Positions 51,562 through 64,000 of a stretch of 64,000 nucleotides of DNA are shown piece by piece. The DNA lies in the NCBI RefSeq assembly GCF_964355755.1, contig NC_092677.1:18188101-18252100 (forward strand), read 5' to 3'. The notes under the pieces are model-generated. The model was not told the origin of the DNA. It searched no databases and saw nothing but the letters and a program-made list of their open reading frames with translations. This DNA is from Antedon mediterranea (Eukaryota; Animalia; Echinodermata). The number at the start of each line of letters is the position of its first letter. Positions within the stretch are counted from its first letter, which is position 1. The position numbers were made by a program, and so were the translations under genes.

Positions 51562-53097
51562 TCTATATATAAATTTACGTAAGGGCAAAATTCGGTAAAT
51601 CGCACGTTATTTCTAGAATGTTTACTCGATGGTATATAAAGTTGGTTAGAATCTCGGTACTGATTTTAACCACCTGATGTAACCCTGTTTACTAATTAAA
51701 TTGAGTTAGATAATTAGTTATTGACGATTAAAACAAATTTAGGTTCAACGATTTGCCCCAAATAGGGGTGTTTTTCGATCGTGGTATACACTGTCTAATG
51801 GATGTCCGTCTTGAAAAATACCCACAGACAATAATAGGAGGATGCTTCGCATTTTCCTATCTCCTCCTACGATAATTGTTTTTAATGGCTGAAAACCGGT
51901 TGAACAGCTCGAGTACAGCATCATAATGCTGAAGACAGGCCGCTTTTCTTTAAAAAATACTATTTTGATAGATTTAATATACGTTTATACAAATGTATTG
52001 ATTTGCGATGAATGGAACATTCCAATCTCTGTTCCACAAGTGTCTATTCCCTCAGGCGTCGTAAAGGCAAGTACTGTATACTCATAACAGAAATTCGATC
52101 CATTTTTTTTTCAATCTGTGCTGCAGAGGTTGTTTATAATTTTTTTTTAACGGAAGATTTAATATACGTTTATACAAATGTATTGATTTGCGATGAATGG
52201 AACATTCCAATCTCTGTTCCACAAGTGTCTATTCCCTCAGGCGTCGTAAAGGCAAGTACTGTATACTTCGATCCATTTTTTTTTCAATCTGTGCTGCAGA
52301 GGTTGGATATAATTTTTTTTTAACGGATAATGAGCTAGCGTTTTCAGTCGCCGTATATTATGTACAAATCTTTATTATTGCATTTAAACCACCCACATCA
52401 TCACCCTTCCCTCACTGGCATGAGTAGCGTTGTAAAGCCAGTAGAGGATAAGCCTACGGTGCATCACATCCCCTAAACGCAGAACAACTTTGGTGGGTAG
52501 AGTAGGAACCAACTTAAGTATGAATTGGCTCTAAGAAACAATTGAAAACCATTAGGCCTACCAATAAAGTTGAGTTAGATAATTTAATTTTTATTTGACG
52601 ATTAAATCGATTTTATGATTTTCCCCGAATAGAGGTGGTTTTCACAAATTGTTTTACATTATATAAACATACACGTCGCAGTGATGTATCGTTACATGTA
52701 CTGTACTATTTCAATCGACAAGGACGGTGATAGTTTCAACAAAGTATTACATAGCAATGTTTTACTGTGTTTAGTGATATATTATTTGTAAAACATGAAA
52801 ACAATTAATATTTCGTTACTAAATGGATAAAGAATATATTTAATATATTTAAAAATTGTTCCTCTCTGCACCCATCCTCTTTCCCATCCCTCACCCCTAA
52901 TGTTACATACAAAACACAAATTAAGTTTGTTTAAATTTGACTTAAACAATTGATCTCATTTTGTGACAAGTTTCTCTTTCGGAAGTAAAACGACATTTGA
53001 AATCACCAGTTTTTTAACGCTGAAATTATTATGTATTCGAGAACCATCTGTGGGAACGACCTAGATGGTACGCGAGCGAAGCGAGCGTACCATCTAG
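51562..53097 (+). mobile_element. Complete non-autonomous Helitron
   Basis: A|TC 5' end and CTAG|T 3' end; terminal hairpin CTAGATGGTACGC-N11-GCGTACCATCTAG; no TSD; internal ~185-bp tandem duplication (51971-52330). Confidence 0.85.
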
Positions 53098-53422
53098 TAA
53101 TAATAATTATGTAATTTCTCATTTAATAAAATGTACCAGTTATAATAACAAGTTACTGTAATAAAACTGACGAATCCAAGTATCAATACAAAAAAAATAC
53201 GACAGGAGCTTGTGTTAAAATATTACATTTTTTATCATTATTAAGAAACGGTACATTAATCATAATTTAAAAACAAACAACGGGTATATTCTTTTAGATT
53301 TGAATGAAAATTCTGCAATTGCAAATGATCAACAACTGAAACGATGACAATAATAAATGTGGTTATCTTACAACGAAAATATACTATTTTCAAAAGTACG
53401 ATAAACAAGAGAAAGCACTCAC

Positions 53423-53494
53423 AGTTCTGTCAATGATATCAAATCATCAAAGACATGTGCTGGTAATGTTACTATTTGGTTACTGGACAACCAT
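53423..53494 (-). CDS. 72-bp single-LRR exon (WLSSNQIVTLPAHVFDDLISLTEL)
   Basis: TTTTCAG acceptor, GTGAGT donor, phase 2/2; paralogous to 23962-24033 including flanking intron sequence. Confidence 0.9.
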
Positions 53495-53755
53495 CTGAAA
53501 ACCGTTAAAAAAAAATTTAGTGTATAGTATGCCTACCAAGGGAAAGTACGATCAAGAATTATTTATTTTTATTAATTTCGGAAATACGACAACAACAAAC
53601 AACAACAGCAAATAGCTATATTGTGCAAAAAGGCCTAAAAGTATAAAGCCAGTGTTAGAGTAACATTTTGGTTGAATGACAACATAGCTTAACCCTAATA
53701 CAATTTTCTGCGGAACAAACGACTTTGACCTAAAAAAAATTCTGACGAATATTAA

Positions 53756-54293
53756 AGATGTATTGTCCCTTTGACTAATTAAAAAAAAAAAAAAAAAAAA
53801 GATTTCGAAAAAAAGTTTGTCATTTTGAAGTATCACAATAGTTATTAACTTTCACCAAAAATTAATAAATAAAAAAAAAAATTTAACTGAAATACAGACA
53901 TTTTTTGTTAAAAAAATAACTTTGACTTCCAGTCAAAGTTTTCGATCAAAACATATCTCATAATGCAACGCGCTTGTTTGGCTACTCTGTATGCATAAAT
54001 CATATAACTTCTTCGCAACCTGTGTGAAAACACCTTCTCAACCATGACGAGTTGTAAACAATCCTAATTACCATCATGCATAATGCATACTCATGGTTTG
54101 AAATCTTTGTTTACTTTCGTTCATGACGATGAAATGTAATCAAATTAATTTACCTGTTAATTACGTAAAATTGTTGTTTTGGCTTGAATTTTCGATTTAA
54201 AGTGAATAAATTTAATATTACTTTGATATGGCCAATTTAAATTTAGAATATTTTGACCTTCATTTTTTTTGTGTGTCAAGGGACAATACATCT
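53756..54293. mobile_element. Kolobok-type MITE
   Basis: TIR AGATGTATTGTCCCT; TTAA TSD at 53752-53755 and 54294-54297. Confidence 0.88.
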
Positions 54294-54499
54294 TTAAAAA
54301 ATGACAAAATTAAAAGTAATTAATATACCTCAGATTTATGAATAATGACATCAATTTTCGATAATTATTATTAAATAATTAAATTTCAATGTTATAGAAA
54401 TCAAAATGTATTAAAAACTTGTGTGGTGTGATGTTTGATAGCTCTTTAAATATGTCCTCTTAAGTAACTGCTTTATGCACGTCATTTAATTACCAATTA

Positions 54500-54870
54500 C
54501 CGTAACTTGTGACTGTGCTAACTCGCTCTTGCTTGGTGCCCGCAAAGTTGCAGCGATTGCAGAACAAGGCGACGCGGCTGGTCTTTGCGTTTGGGTGGGG
54601 TCAGCCCTCGGATACTTTACTGACATTGGCTTCATATAAAAAAAGAATTTTGTACAAAATTATTCTTTTTGTTTATAAATGTATTTACTCTGTTGTTCCT
54701 TTGTACCTTTTTAATTTAATTAAGTTTAACCGTGATCAGCTTTCATTTAATTACAGGTGTCGACTTTGCTCGACTTTTCATTCCACGATCTAATCGGAAA
54801 GCTGGTGACAATGCTTTTTCTGTCACTGCTCCGCTCGATTCTATTTAAACGTCAACTTAAAACTTTTATA
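54500..54870 (+). mobile_element. L2/CR1-group LINE 3' fragment, degenerate
   Basis: KLQRLQNKATRLVF...RILYKIILFVYKC..VPLYL, followed by an AFS..AP-like segment. Confidence 0.7.
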
Positions 54871-56236
54871 TTTAATTAATTACTAGTATTGTTAGGCGTC
54901 TGTTCTTTGTCGGGCGCCATATAAAATCTTTTATAGAATAGAAAATAAAAAAGTTCAAATAAAAAAAATGTATAGCATGGTATAAATGTCGATCTCGAGT
55001 AAAGACCAGCTGAGAGGTTAATTGATGCTATGTTTTCGTCAATGACAGACATGTGAAGTTTGAAAATCAAAATGACTGCCATAACATTTTTCCTAATATC
55101 TCAGCTTCTACATCATATGAACGTGATTTTGGTGGAAAAGTATATGTTTTGAAGGTCAAGGAGTCCAAATACAGTATTTTAAAGTTCACCTAATGGCCGC
55201 CAATTTGTTTTTCAAAATGGCTGCCATAATATTTACAGATTTTTTCTCATACCTCAGCTTCTACATCGTGTATGGAAGTGATTTTGGTGGCAAAGTGTAC
55301 GTTTTGAAGGTCAAGAAATCTAAATACAATTTTTTTTACAAGTTCACTCAATGGCCACCATTTTGATTGTCAAAATGGCCATCATAAACTAATTTATGAG
55401 CTACTATGATTATGATTATCTAAGTCTATGTTTTGAAGGTTACAGAATAAAAAAAATTTCAGCTTTTGAAATACAGTTGGAAAGTGATGACGAAAATACA
55501 GTTGGAAAGTGATGACGATAATACGTCAATATGTTGGTGATAATATGGGAACCACAATGATTATGACCCCAGGAGGAACTGTACATAAGAAGATATCAGA
55601 GATGTACTGTAACTATATCATTCGCGTGAAGAACCTAAACAATAAAATATTCTTAAAAAGTTCGTTAGACCTAGACATTTTCCAAATCCTAAAGATATGG
55701 CCAACTTTTAGTTAAGCATATTCCAATCAAATATATTATTGATAAATGTGATGGGTTTGTCACACGGAAGTGAGCCCTCTAGAGTAAAAGAGGGGGGGGG
55801 GGATGAATAAAGATGGACGACAACTACAACGTGTTTTGTTATATTCTTATTGTTGGTTTCAGCCTAACGAGCGAGCCCGTAACAAATTGGAGGGTCATCC
55901 GAGAACAAAGTACGGAATTGTAGTTGTAGATCGAACTGATGGTAATTTTAGTTACTTATTCTAAGCTGGTTTTAGGTTTAGAGGCGTTTTATAACGAACG
56001 AGGTTTGGCGGTCGTCGAGCCAGTACACTGTGTTGTTGTTTTAGGCTTGTGTAGGCTTGCCTATGATAGTAGAAGTCGGTTTGGCTTTGATTTTAGGGGT
56101 CTAGTTATTGAGACCACGGCGCACGGTAGGTTTAATACTGTGTGGGTTTGGCAGGTAATTTATTACTGGTGCCTTAATTATCGTCATATTGGTTATTTTA
56201 ACCTGTGTTTTTGTTTGTTTGTTTCGAATAGAAACT

Positions 56237-59200
56237 ATGTCGGAAAGTGATTTTGACGAGGAATTTTTGGATAGCATGTCCATTGAGGTGGTAGCTCAGC
56301 TATCAGAGGAACGTTTGCGACTCCTAGGTACTAGGGTTGGAGCATCTATAAATGATTCCATGAATAAATATGACTTGATAAATGTGATTGAAAATCATGT
56401 TGGTTTAATTACTCATGAATCCGTAAAAACTGCGGGGAATGAGGTCGAGTTGGCTAGAATTGAGTTGGAACGTGAAAAATTAATTTTTGAAAGAAGAAAA
56501 ATAGAGATGCAAAGGAAAATGGAAAAAGAAAAACATGAATTTGAGTTAAGAAAATTAGAATTAGCTAACCAAATGGGTCACACCACACGGGTTTCTACAC
56601 AGGGGTGGCGCCAGGATCTTCCCGACGCGGGGGCTACATTCCCCGACGAGGGGCTATGCGAGCGAAGCGAGCATCACTAGGCTGGGGGCCAGGGGGGCCG
56701 CCAAGGGCCCCCGGTGGGGGTCCAGAGGGGGGGGGGGGGTCCAGGGGCGAAGCCCCCGGAAGCAACGCGTTCTAGCGTCATTTGAGGTCATTTTAATCAG
56801 ATTTAGGGTAGCCATTTTTTCCATTTTTTATAATGCATAAATAAAATACTGCGTGCAAAAAAACGATGCGCGATGAGTGTTTCAATCTATATTTTTCAAT
56901 TTAAAAAATAAAAGTTCAAAGAAAATTTAGAAAAATAGAGTTGGAGGTCCCGGAAATTGGACTTATTATACTTCAAAACATGAAACAAAATATATAAGTC
57001 CCTATCAAGGTTGTGACTGAGCTAAGAAATGTTTGAAAAATAGAGATGTTAGGTCCCGGAAAATGCACTTCTTGTACTTCGAAATATGACCAGCTTTATT
57101 GTTGGGGCTGAGCTAAGAAACTGTTTAAAACTAGAGCTGCAGGTCTTCAAAAAATTGCATTTTATACTTCTGAAACATCAGGCCTAGAGGCTTAAAAAAC
57201 GCAAGCGTAGACCTTTTTCAGTCGGGGAAATAAGTTTATTCCTCCCAAGTGTATGCGTGCGTACCATCTGGACTTCCGAGTGGTGAGAAATTCATGACAT
57301 ACAGGACATTGAAAATGTAATAACTTAGCTATATAATAAGATGTTGGCTAAGCGAAAATGGCATGTTTTTTTGTTTAGTAATGGATGAAAAATTTATTTT
57401 AGGTGCCCCACGGTACAGAAATTCATAAATTGAATGGAAAATAAACTGAAACTGAAACTGACAAAGAATGTTACTTGTAAATTAAAAAGATTGGTGAACA
57501 TACGTTTTTGCTGTAGTACGACGTAACCGTCAGTAAACTTCGCGTTGAACGATTCGTACAAAGGGATACCGCCAGACAAGTGAGAACCTAGCTATTGTTT
57601 AGTAGTAAGTTAGATCGCTGGCAATAATGAGTGCATATAAAGTGCATAATATCACTCTGACGTACTCTCTCACGGTCAATGAAACGTCGCGGTTTTCTAG
57701 GCGCTGAAGCTAGCTACGAAGTGAACGCGAACGCCTTTTACTGTATATTATATTCCCCGACAAAAAGTACCCGTGTTTCCTTCGGTAACCGTCGGTAAAC
57801 TTCGCCTGGAAAATAACTACATTACACATTTTTGGTCCCTGGATGGAACTTGATATCACGCGTCTCGACCCAACGTTGAACGATTCGTACAAAAGGATAC
57901 CGCCAGACAAGTGCGTACCTAGCTAATGTTTAGTAGTAAATTAGATCGCTGGCAATAAATGAATGCATAAAAGTGCATAATAGCCCTCTGACGTACTCTC
58001 ACGGTCAATGGAACGTCGTGGTTTTCTAGGCGCTGAAGCTATATGAAGTGAACGCGAACGTTTTTTACTGTATATTATATTCCCCGACAAAAAGTACCCG
58101 TGTTCCCCGACATGGGGGGGGGGGGGGGCTAGACTCCCCGACGAGGGGGCTAGAGCCCCCGTAGCCCCCCCGCTGGCGCCACCACTGTTTCTACACCTAA
58201 TGATTCAGAGATTACTCAGAATATTAAATGGGTTCCCAAGTTTAATGAGGACGAGGTAGAGACATATTTTTTAGCTTTTGAGAAAATTGCTAATAGATTA
58301 AAGTGGCCTGCTAGACACTGGACTGTGTTGTTACAAACTGCTCTTGTGGGTAAAGCCCAAGAGGTATTTTCTGCATTGGCTGATGATCAATGTGAAAGCT
58401 ATGATGCGGTCAAAACTGCTGTTTTGTCAGCTTATGAGTTAGTTCCAGAGGCGTATCGTCAGAAATTTAGGAACTTAGGTAAACCTTATGATCAAACGTT
58501 TACAGAATTTGCACGTAAGAAGCAGATTCTTTTTGATAGATGGTGTAGTTCGGAAGGAGTAAACGGTGAATTTGGAAAGCTTCGTGAGCTTATGTTAGTT
58601 GAGGAGTTTAAATCTTGTTCCCCTACTGAAGTTCGTACACATCTAGAGGAGCAGAAAGTGGATAATTTAATGAAAGCGGCTTCTGTTGCCGATAATTATG
58701 TGCTCACGCACAAGGTGGTGGATACCAAATCGGTTTCAAAATTTGTTGATGATTCTAAGGTCCAAAGTCAGAAAACTACAGTCAATAGTAGTAGTAAATT
58801 TGTCAGAACTTGTTTTTACTGCAAGAAAAAGGGTCATATAAAGGCAGATTGCTGGTTGTTTCAAAGCAAAGCTAAAGGGGATAATAAGAAACCCCAATCA
58901 CTTCCAAACACGTTAGTAAATACAGTCCCGTTGAAAGTGACAGAGAGTCATGACGTTGATGAAAGTGAGAAGTTGATCCAATCTTCAGGTCCGGAAAAAG
59001 TGCGAAAGCTATTTAAGCCTTTCCTCTCTACTGGTTCTGTAGCATTGATCAACGATGTGAATCTGAGTAAAGTTCGTGTCTTAAGAGACACAGGGGCGTC
59101 ACAATCCCTGATAATAGAATCGGCATTGTCATTTTCAAAAGAGTCTTCTGCTGGAGCAAGTGTGCTCATTCAAGGTGTTGAAGGGGGTTATAAAGAAGTC

Positions 59201-62200
59201 CCACTTCATGTAATTCGGATTGAAACAGATATTGTTAGCAGAGATTTTGTTGTCGGTGTCGTTCCGAGTCTTCTAATATGGGGTGTCACACTCCTTTTGG
59301 GGAATGATTTGGCCGGAGACAGAGTGTCAGTAGAACCGGTTGTGTGCAAAAGTCCTGTTGAAGACGAAAGCACGGTGTGTTTAGAGAAAGAATTATCACA
59401 TGTGTTTCCATCATGTGCGGTGACGCGATCTATGGCAAATAAAACCATAGATGAGGATGAGAGTATTGACTTATGTGATAGTTTTTACGGAGAAATTACA
59501 GATCGCGTTTCCCAAGAGGCTGTCTGCTCAGGTCCCGAGTCACACACTTCCCAGGCTGAACAACAGCACCCAAAAGTGTGTGATTTCGGTCCGACAGTTC
59601 TCAATCGGTCTAGGTTAGTGGAAGAGCAGAGTAAAGATCCTGATTTGGTGTCATTTGGTCAGCAAGCTCTTTCTGTAGAGGAAATGTCTATTGTTCCTGT
59701 TTGTTATTATATAAAGGATGGCATACTTATGCGTAAGTGGAGGCCACCAGATATTCCAAGTAGTGATGTTTGGAATGAGATTCACCAGATAGTTATTCCT
59801 AGTGGATACCGTCAGGATATTATTGGTATTGCGCATGATGATCCTCTTTCAGGTCATTTAGGTGTCAATAAAACGGTAGACAAGATTCTCAGGCATTTCT
59901 TTTGGCCAGGTCTTAGAAAAGATGTGTCTAACTATTGTAAATCCTGTCATGCGTGTCAGGTAGTGGGGAAGCCTAATCAAAAGGTTCCAGTAGCCCCACT
60001 TAAGCCTATTCCTGCATTCGGTGAACCATTTTCAAGAGTTATTGTTGATTGTGTGGGACCATTACCACGTACTAAAAATGGAAATGAGTATCTATTAACA
60101 ATAATGTGTGCATCAAGTAGGTTTCCAGAAGCGATTCCTCTTAGGCGTATTACAGCTAAGAATGTTGTTAAAGCATTGGTGAAATTCTTTACATGGGTAG
60201 GATTGCCTAAAGCTGTTCAGTCCGATCAAGGATCAAACTTCATGTCAAAGATATTTAAACAAGTCTTAGAGCAGTTAGGTGTTGCCCATATAAGTTCAAG
60301 TGCTTACCATCCACAGTCTCAAGGGGCACTTGAGAGATTTCATCAAACACTTAAGAATATGATTAAAACCTATTGTTTTCAATGTGAAAAGGAATGGGAT
60401 GAGGGAGTTCCATTATTGTTATTTGCTGTTCGTGAAACAGTGCAAGAGTCCTTAGGGTTTAGCCCATTTGAGTTGGTGTATGGTCATTCGGTCCGAGGCC
60501 CTCTTAAAATAGTCCAAGAAAGGCTGTTAGGGAATGCAGAAGAGTCTGTATCGATACTAGATTATGTGTCTGAATTTCGTGATCGATTAAATCGTGCTCG
60601 TGAGATGGCTAGAAAGAATCTTGTGAAGGCTCAGGGTAAAATGAAGAGATTGTTTGATAGGAAATCAGAAAAGAGAAGCTTTAGTTCAGGTGATGAAGTG
60701 TTAGTTATGTTGCCTCTTCCCAGTCAACCATTATCTGCAAGATTTGCTGGTCCTTACAAAGTATTAGAAAGAGTAGGAGAAGTTGACTATGTGTTAGATA
60801 CTCCAGATAGGCGTAAGAAGAAGCGACTGTGTCATATAAACATGTTGAAACCATACACAGCGAGAAATAATAGTGATACCTGTACATCAACACCAGTTAC
60901 GTGTGTTGTTGAAGAGAATTCTGAAGAGTTTGGGGATCCTGATACATGTGTTAAGTTCAGTAATTCAGATGTTCTTGCAAACATTGAAGAGAAAGTTGGT
61001 CATTTATCTCGTGATCGTAAGGTTGAAATTGTTGTTGTTGTTTTCAGATGTTCCAGGTCGAACGAACTTAGTGGAGCATGACGTTAAGACAGCTGATTGT
61101 TCACCAATAAAACAAAATCCATATAGAGCAAATCCGTTCAAGATGAAGATATTACAAAATGAGATTGATTACATGATTAAGAATGATATAATCGAGCCTA
61201 GTTGCAGTGCTTGGAGTTCTCCATGTATATTAGTTCCGAAGCCAGATAAATCCTATCGTTTTTGTACTGATTATCGGAAGGTTAATGCTAAATCTACTAC
61301 AGATTCATATCCCATACCGAGGATAGACGACTGTATTGATCGTGTGGGTAGTGCTAAGTTTGTCAGTAAATTTGATCTTCTAAAGGGTTACTGGCAAATT
61401 CCTTTAACAGAGAGTGCGAAAGAAGTGTCAGCTTTTGTAACTCCTATGGGTCTATATCAGTATAAGGTCATGCCTTTCGGTTTAAAGAATGCACCAGCCA
61501 CGTTCCAGAGATTGGTTAATGGTATAATTTCAGGGTTGGAGGGCTGTGAAGCTTATATAGACGATTTTGTTGTTTATAGTGATACATGGGATGTCCATGT
61601 GCAGAGAATTAAGGCATTGTTTGACAGGTTGACAGCTGCAAAGTTGACAGTAAATTTGGTGAAAAGCGAGTTTTCCTGTGCAGAAATTGTGTTCTTAGGT
61701 CATAAAGTTGGTTGCGGAAAAGTGAAACCATTAAGTGCTAAGATTAAGGCAGTCTGTGATTTCCCAGTTCCAAAGAGTAAGCAGGAGTTAATGCGGTTCC
61801 TGGGAATGGCTGGGTTTTATCGACGTTTTTGCAGAAGTTTCTCAACGCTTGTAGCTCCATTAACGAATCTGCTGAAAAAGAATGCGAGCTTTGTGTGGTT
61901 GGAGGAATGCAATAATGCGTTCATTAAAGTTAAAGCGATGTTATCAAACGAACCGGTGTTGATGGCTCCACGATTTGATAAACAGTTCTCGTTAATGATT
62001 GATGCCAGTGATGTTGGTTCTGGTGCTGTGTTGGCGCAAACAGACGAGAATGGTGTTGACAAGCCTGTGTGTTTCTACTCGAGACAATTCAACCAGCATG
62101 AGAAACGTTATTCTACTGTTGAGAAGGAGACATTGGCTTTGATGTCAGCGTTAAAGCACTTTGAAGTGTATCTTGGATCTACTCCGTTTCCAATTGTAGT

Positions 62201-62357
62201 TTGGACTGACCACAACCCATTAACTTTCTTGGCAAGAATGAAGGACAAGAATTAACGCTTGTTGAGATGGAGTTTAGCAGTTCAAGAAATGAATCTGGAA
62301 ATTCATCATATCAGAGGAAAAGACAATTTTGTAGCTGACGCTTTGTCAAGAGTTTAG
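56237..62357 (+). pseudogene. Gmr1-type Gag-Pol, interrupted by a hAT insertion, a frameshift (~61040) and a stop (62253)
   Basis: Gag VPKFNEDEVETYFLAFEKIA..W (SCAN-related capsid), CFYCKKKGHIKADC, LRDTGAS, integrase (VDCVGPLP, SDQGSNF, GALERF), RT YIDD, RNase H IDAS/TDHNPL. Confidence 0.92.
56600..58187. mobile_element. Non-autonomous hAT element inserted in gag
   Basis: TIR CAGGGGTGGCGCCAG/CAGTGGTGGCGCCAG; 8-bp TSD TTTCTACA (56592-56599, 58188-58195); subterminal CCCCGACGAGGGGGCTA motifs; internal tandem duplication ~57523-58108; excision restores TTRVST|PNDSEI. Confidence 0.93.
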
Positions 62358-62761
62358 ATAAAACATGCATGAAATGATTTTAAAAGTTTTGTTGATTTTA
62401 AAAGTGTTTATTTAAATATAATATGTTAGTTGTGATAGAGTGATGCATTAATGGCATACACGGATTTAAAGTAATTAGAACTTGTGAAATTTTAAAGAAG
62501 CAGTTGAAGTAAATTCATATCAACGACCTGTTAAAATAACTACTGTATAAGGAAAGATTTAAGATGTTATAGTAAACAGTTATAAGTTTAATCATATCAA
62601 ACTTTCTTTAAGTGGGGGTGTGTGATGGGTTTGTCATACGGAAGTGAGCCCTCTAGAGTAAAAGAGGGGGGGGGGGTGAATAAAGATGGACGACAACTAC
62701 AACGTGTTTTGTTATATTCTTATTGTTGGTTTCAGCCTAACGAGCGAGCCCGTAACATAAA

Positions 62762-63400
62762 GCATGTAAAGATATTTAAAGCAACATTATTATTATGTGA
62801 CTTAAGCGATGGAATACCTAATACACTGGGAACACTACTTCACCCTAACTGGTCTGGATTTATGCACATATATCATGCGAAAACTGAACAAATCGACGAT
62901 AGTTCTTGACGATCATTCTTAATTATCTAAATAACATGTTAACAGTTTATACAACGGTACACTTTGAAAATGTATATCTAGCTGCTCATCTACCAGTCAT
63001 AATAATCAGACTCGGAGGAGTTGATCTTTTCAGAAGCTTTCTGGATTTTATTGGACATAATGGTTGGTTGAGGTTTTGAAAATGTGCATAACTTACTTTA
63101 AAGAGAGCTGTATATTCAAAAGCTCTTAGTGGATGCAGATATGTATTATATAATGATGACACTGATAAGGATGTATCATTTTGTCTCCAGATATAGACAT
63201 ATTATAGAACAATTGATCATGGCCAATATGCCTGAACGACAAATTTCTACAAACCTATAATGCAAGTTCCAGCAGAATGGATATACGCAACGTGTTATAA
63301 TGGTGAACAATCCGTTTTCAGACATGACCACAATAGAGAAAACCCTATGTATCTTGAAATTTGTCCACGGATAACCAACTCATGGTGACGAGTTAGGCTA
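62762..63400 (+). pseudogene. Highly decayed DNA-transposase-like relic (Academ-like), probably continuous with ~55500-55746
   Basis: Fragments PNWSGFMH and IIIRLGGVDLFRSFLDFIG resemble, from recollection, the WSGF and RLGGFH..M.FL..IG motifs of Academ-type transposases; many stops. Confidence 0.4.
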
Positions 63401-64000
63401 TCACGCAACGCTACGTAACATGCACACGTTATTTATTAGGCTTATTCTACAGTAGGCGGCACAAAACGATTGTACAAACAGCTTAGCATCGATCAAAACC
63501 GTTTAACAATCGTCAACAGTTCAGCATTAGAGCATTTAAACCACTCAAGTTTATTTAAATGTTTGAATATGATGAGGTTTTCAGATTAAAATAAAGTGGG
63601 AAGAAAATTGATACCGTTTACGCGGTATGCTCTCTATTGAATGTGACGAAGTATGTCGATAGAGATAAAAATTCAATTCAGATGGCCATATGATGACGTC
63701 ATAACACACTTAAGATTTAAATTTTACATGAATTCATATCTACAACTCATTACCGTACCTTTTATAATAATTTAAAAAAAATTGGGGTCACCAGCCATCA
63801 TGGACAGCTATAATCGATCGAAAATAGGCATATTTTTATAAAAATTTGCATATACAGTAATTACCCATTTTCAAGCACACGATTTTTAAAGTTTGACGTG
63901 CATTTGTGTCATTTATTTTACATTCATAATTCATTAAAAACTGAAAGGAACTTATCACGAAAGGTATACAGAACAACAATCAAGTGCAAAAACGGTCTGT

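Larger units (their letters stand above)
55747..62757 (+). mobile_element. Gmr1-like Ty3/Gypsy retrotransposon (PR-IN-RT-RH order)
   Basis: LTRs 55747-55884 and 62621-62757 (TGT...ACA; 1 substitution + 1 indel); 4-bp TSD TAAA; degenerate PBS TGGAGGGTCATCCG; PPT AAGTGGGGGTG; integrase upstream of RT. Confidence 0.95.

Overview
This is AT-rich eukaryotic DNA, inferred to be from an invertebrate animal (echinoderm-like repeat content; organism not provable here). It is dominated by transposable elements and carries two host immune/receptor-type genes. (1) A plus-strand NLR-type pseudogene (~1.7-14.4 kb) has one huge exon with a NACHT remnant lacking its NTPase core, followed by ~10 copies of a ~120-aa four-LRR super-repeat with a length-hypervariable insert. 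The exon is interrupted by a young Ty3/Gypsy (identical 214-bp LTRs), a nested pair of foldback elements and a Rex1/Babar-type LINE. (2) A minus-strand gene missed by the ORF track consists of phase-2, 72/75-bp single-LRR exons (53494-53423, 24033-23962, 23546-23472, 22703-22632), with ~29 kb of TE-filled DNA between the first two. Other elements: a second Mag-like Gypsy with a U3-less 5' LTR but an exact TSD; a Gmr1-type Gypsy (integrase before RT) with a hAT element in gag; an EnSpm/CACTA deletion derivative with spliced divergent genes; Helitrons; Kolobok and Harbinger MITEs; several LINE fragments; a Penelope-like 3' end with a minimal hammerhead ribozyme; and a tRNA-Asp-like cloverleaf inside a short repeat element. 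All coordinates and comparisons were made by eye; no database search was run.
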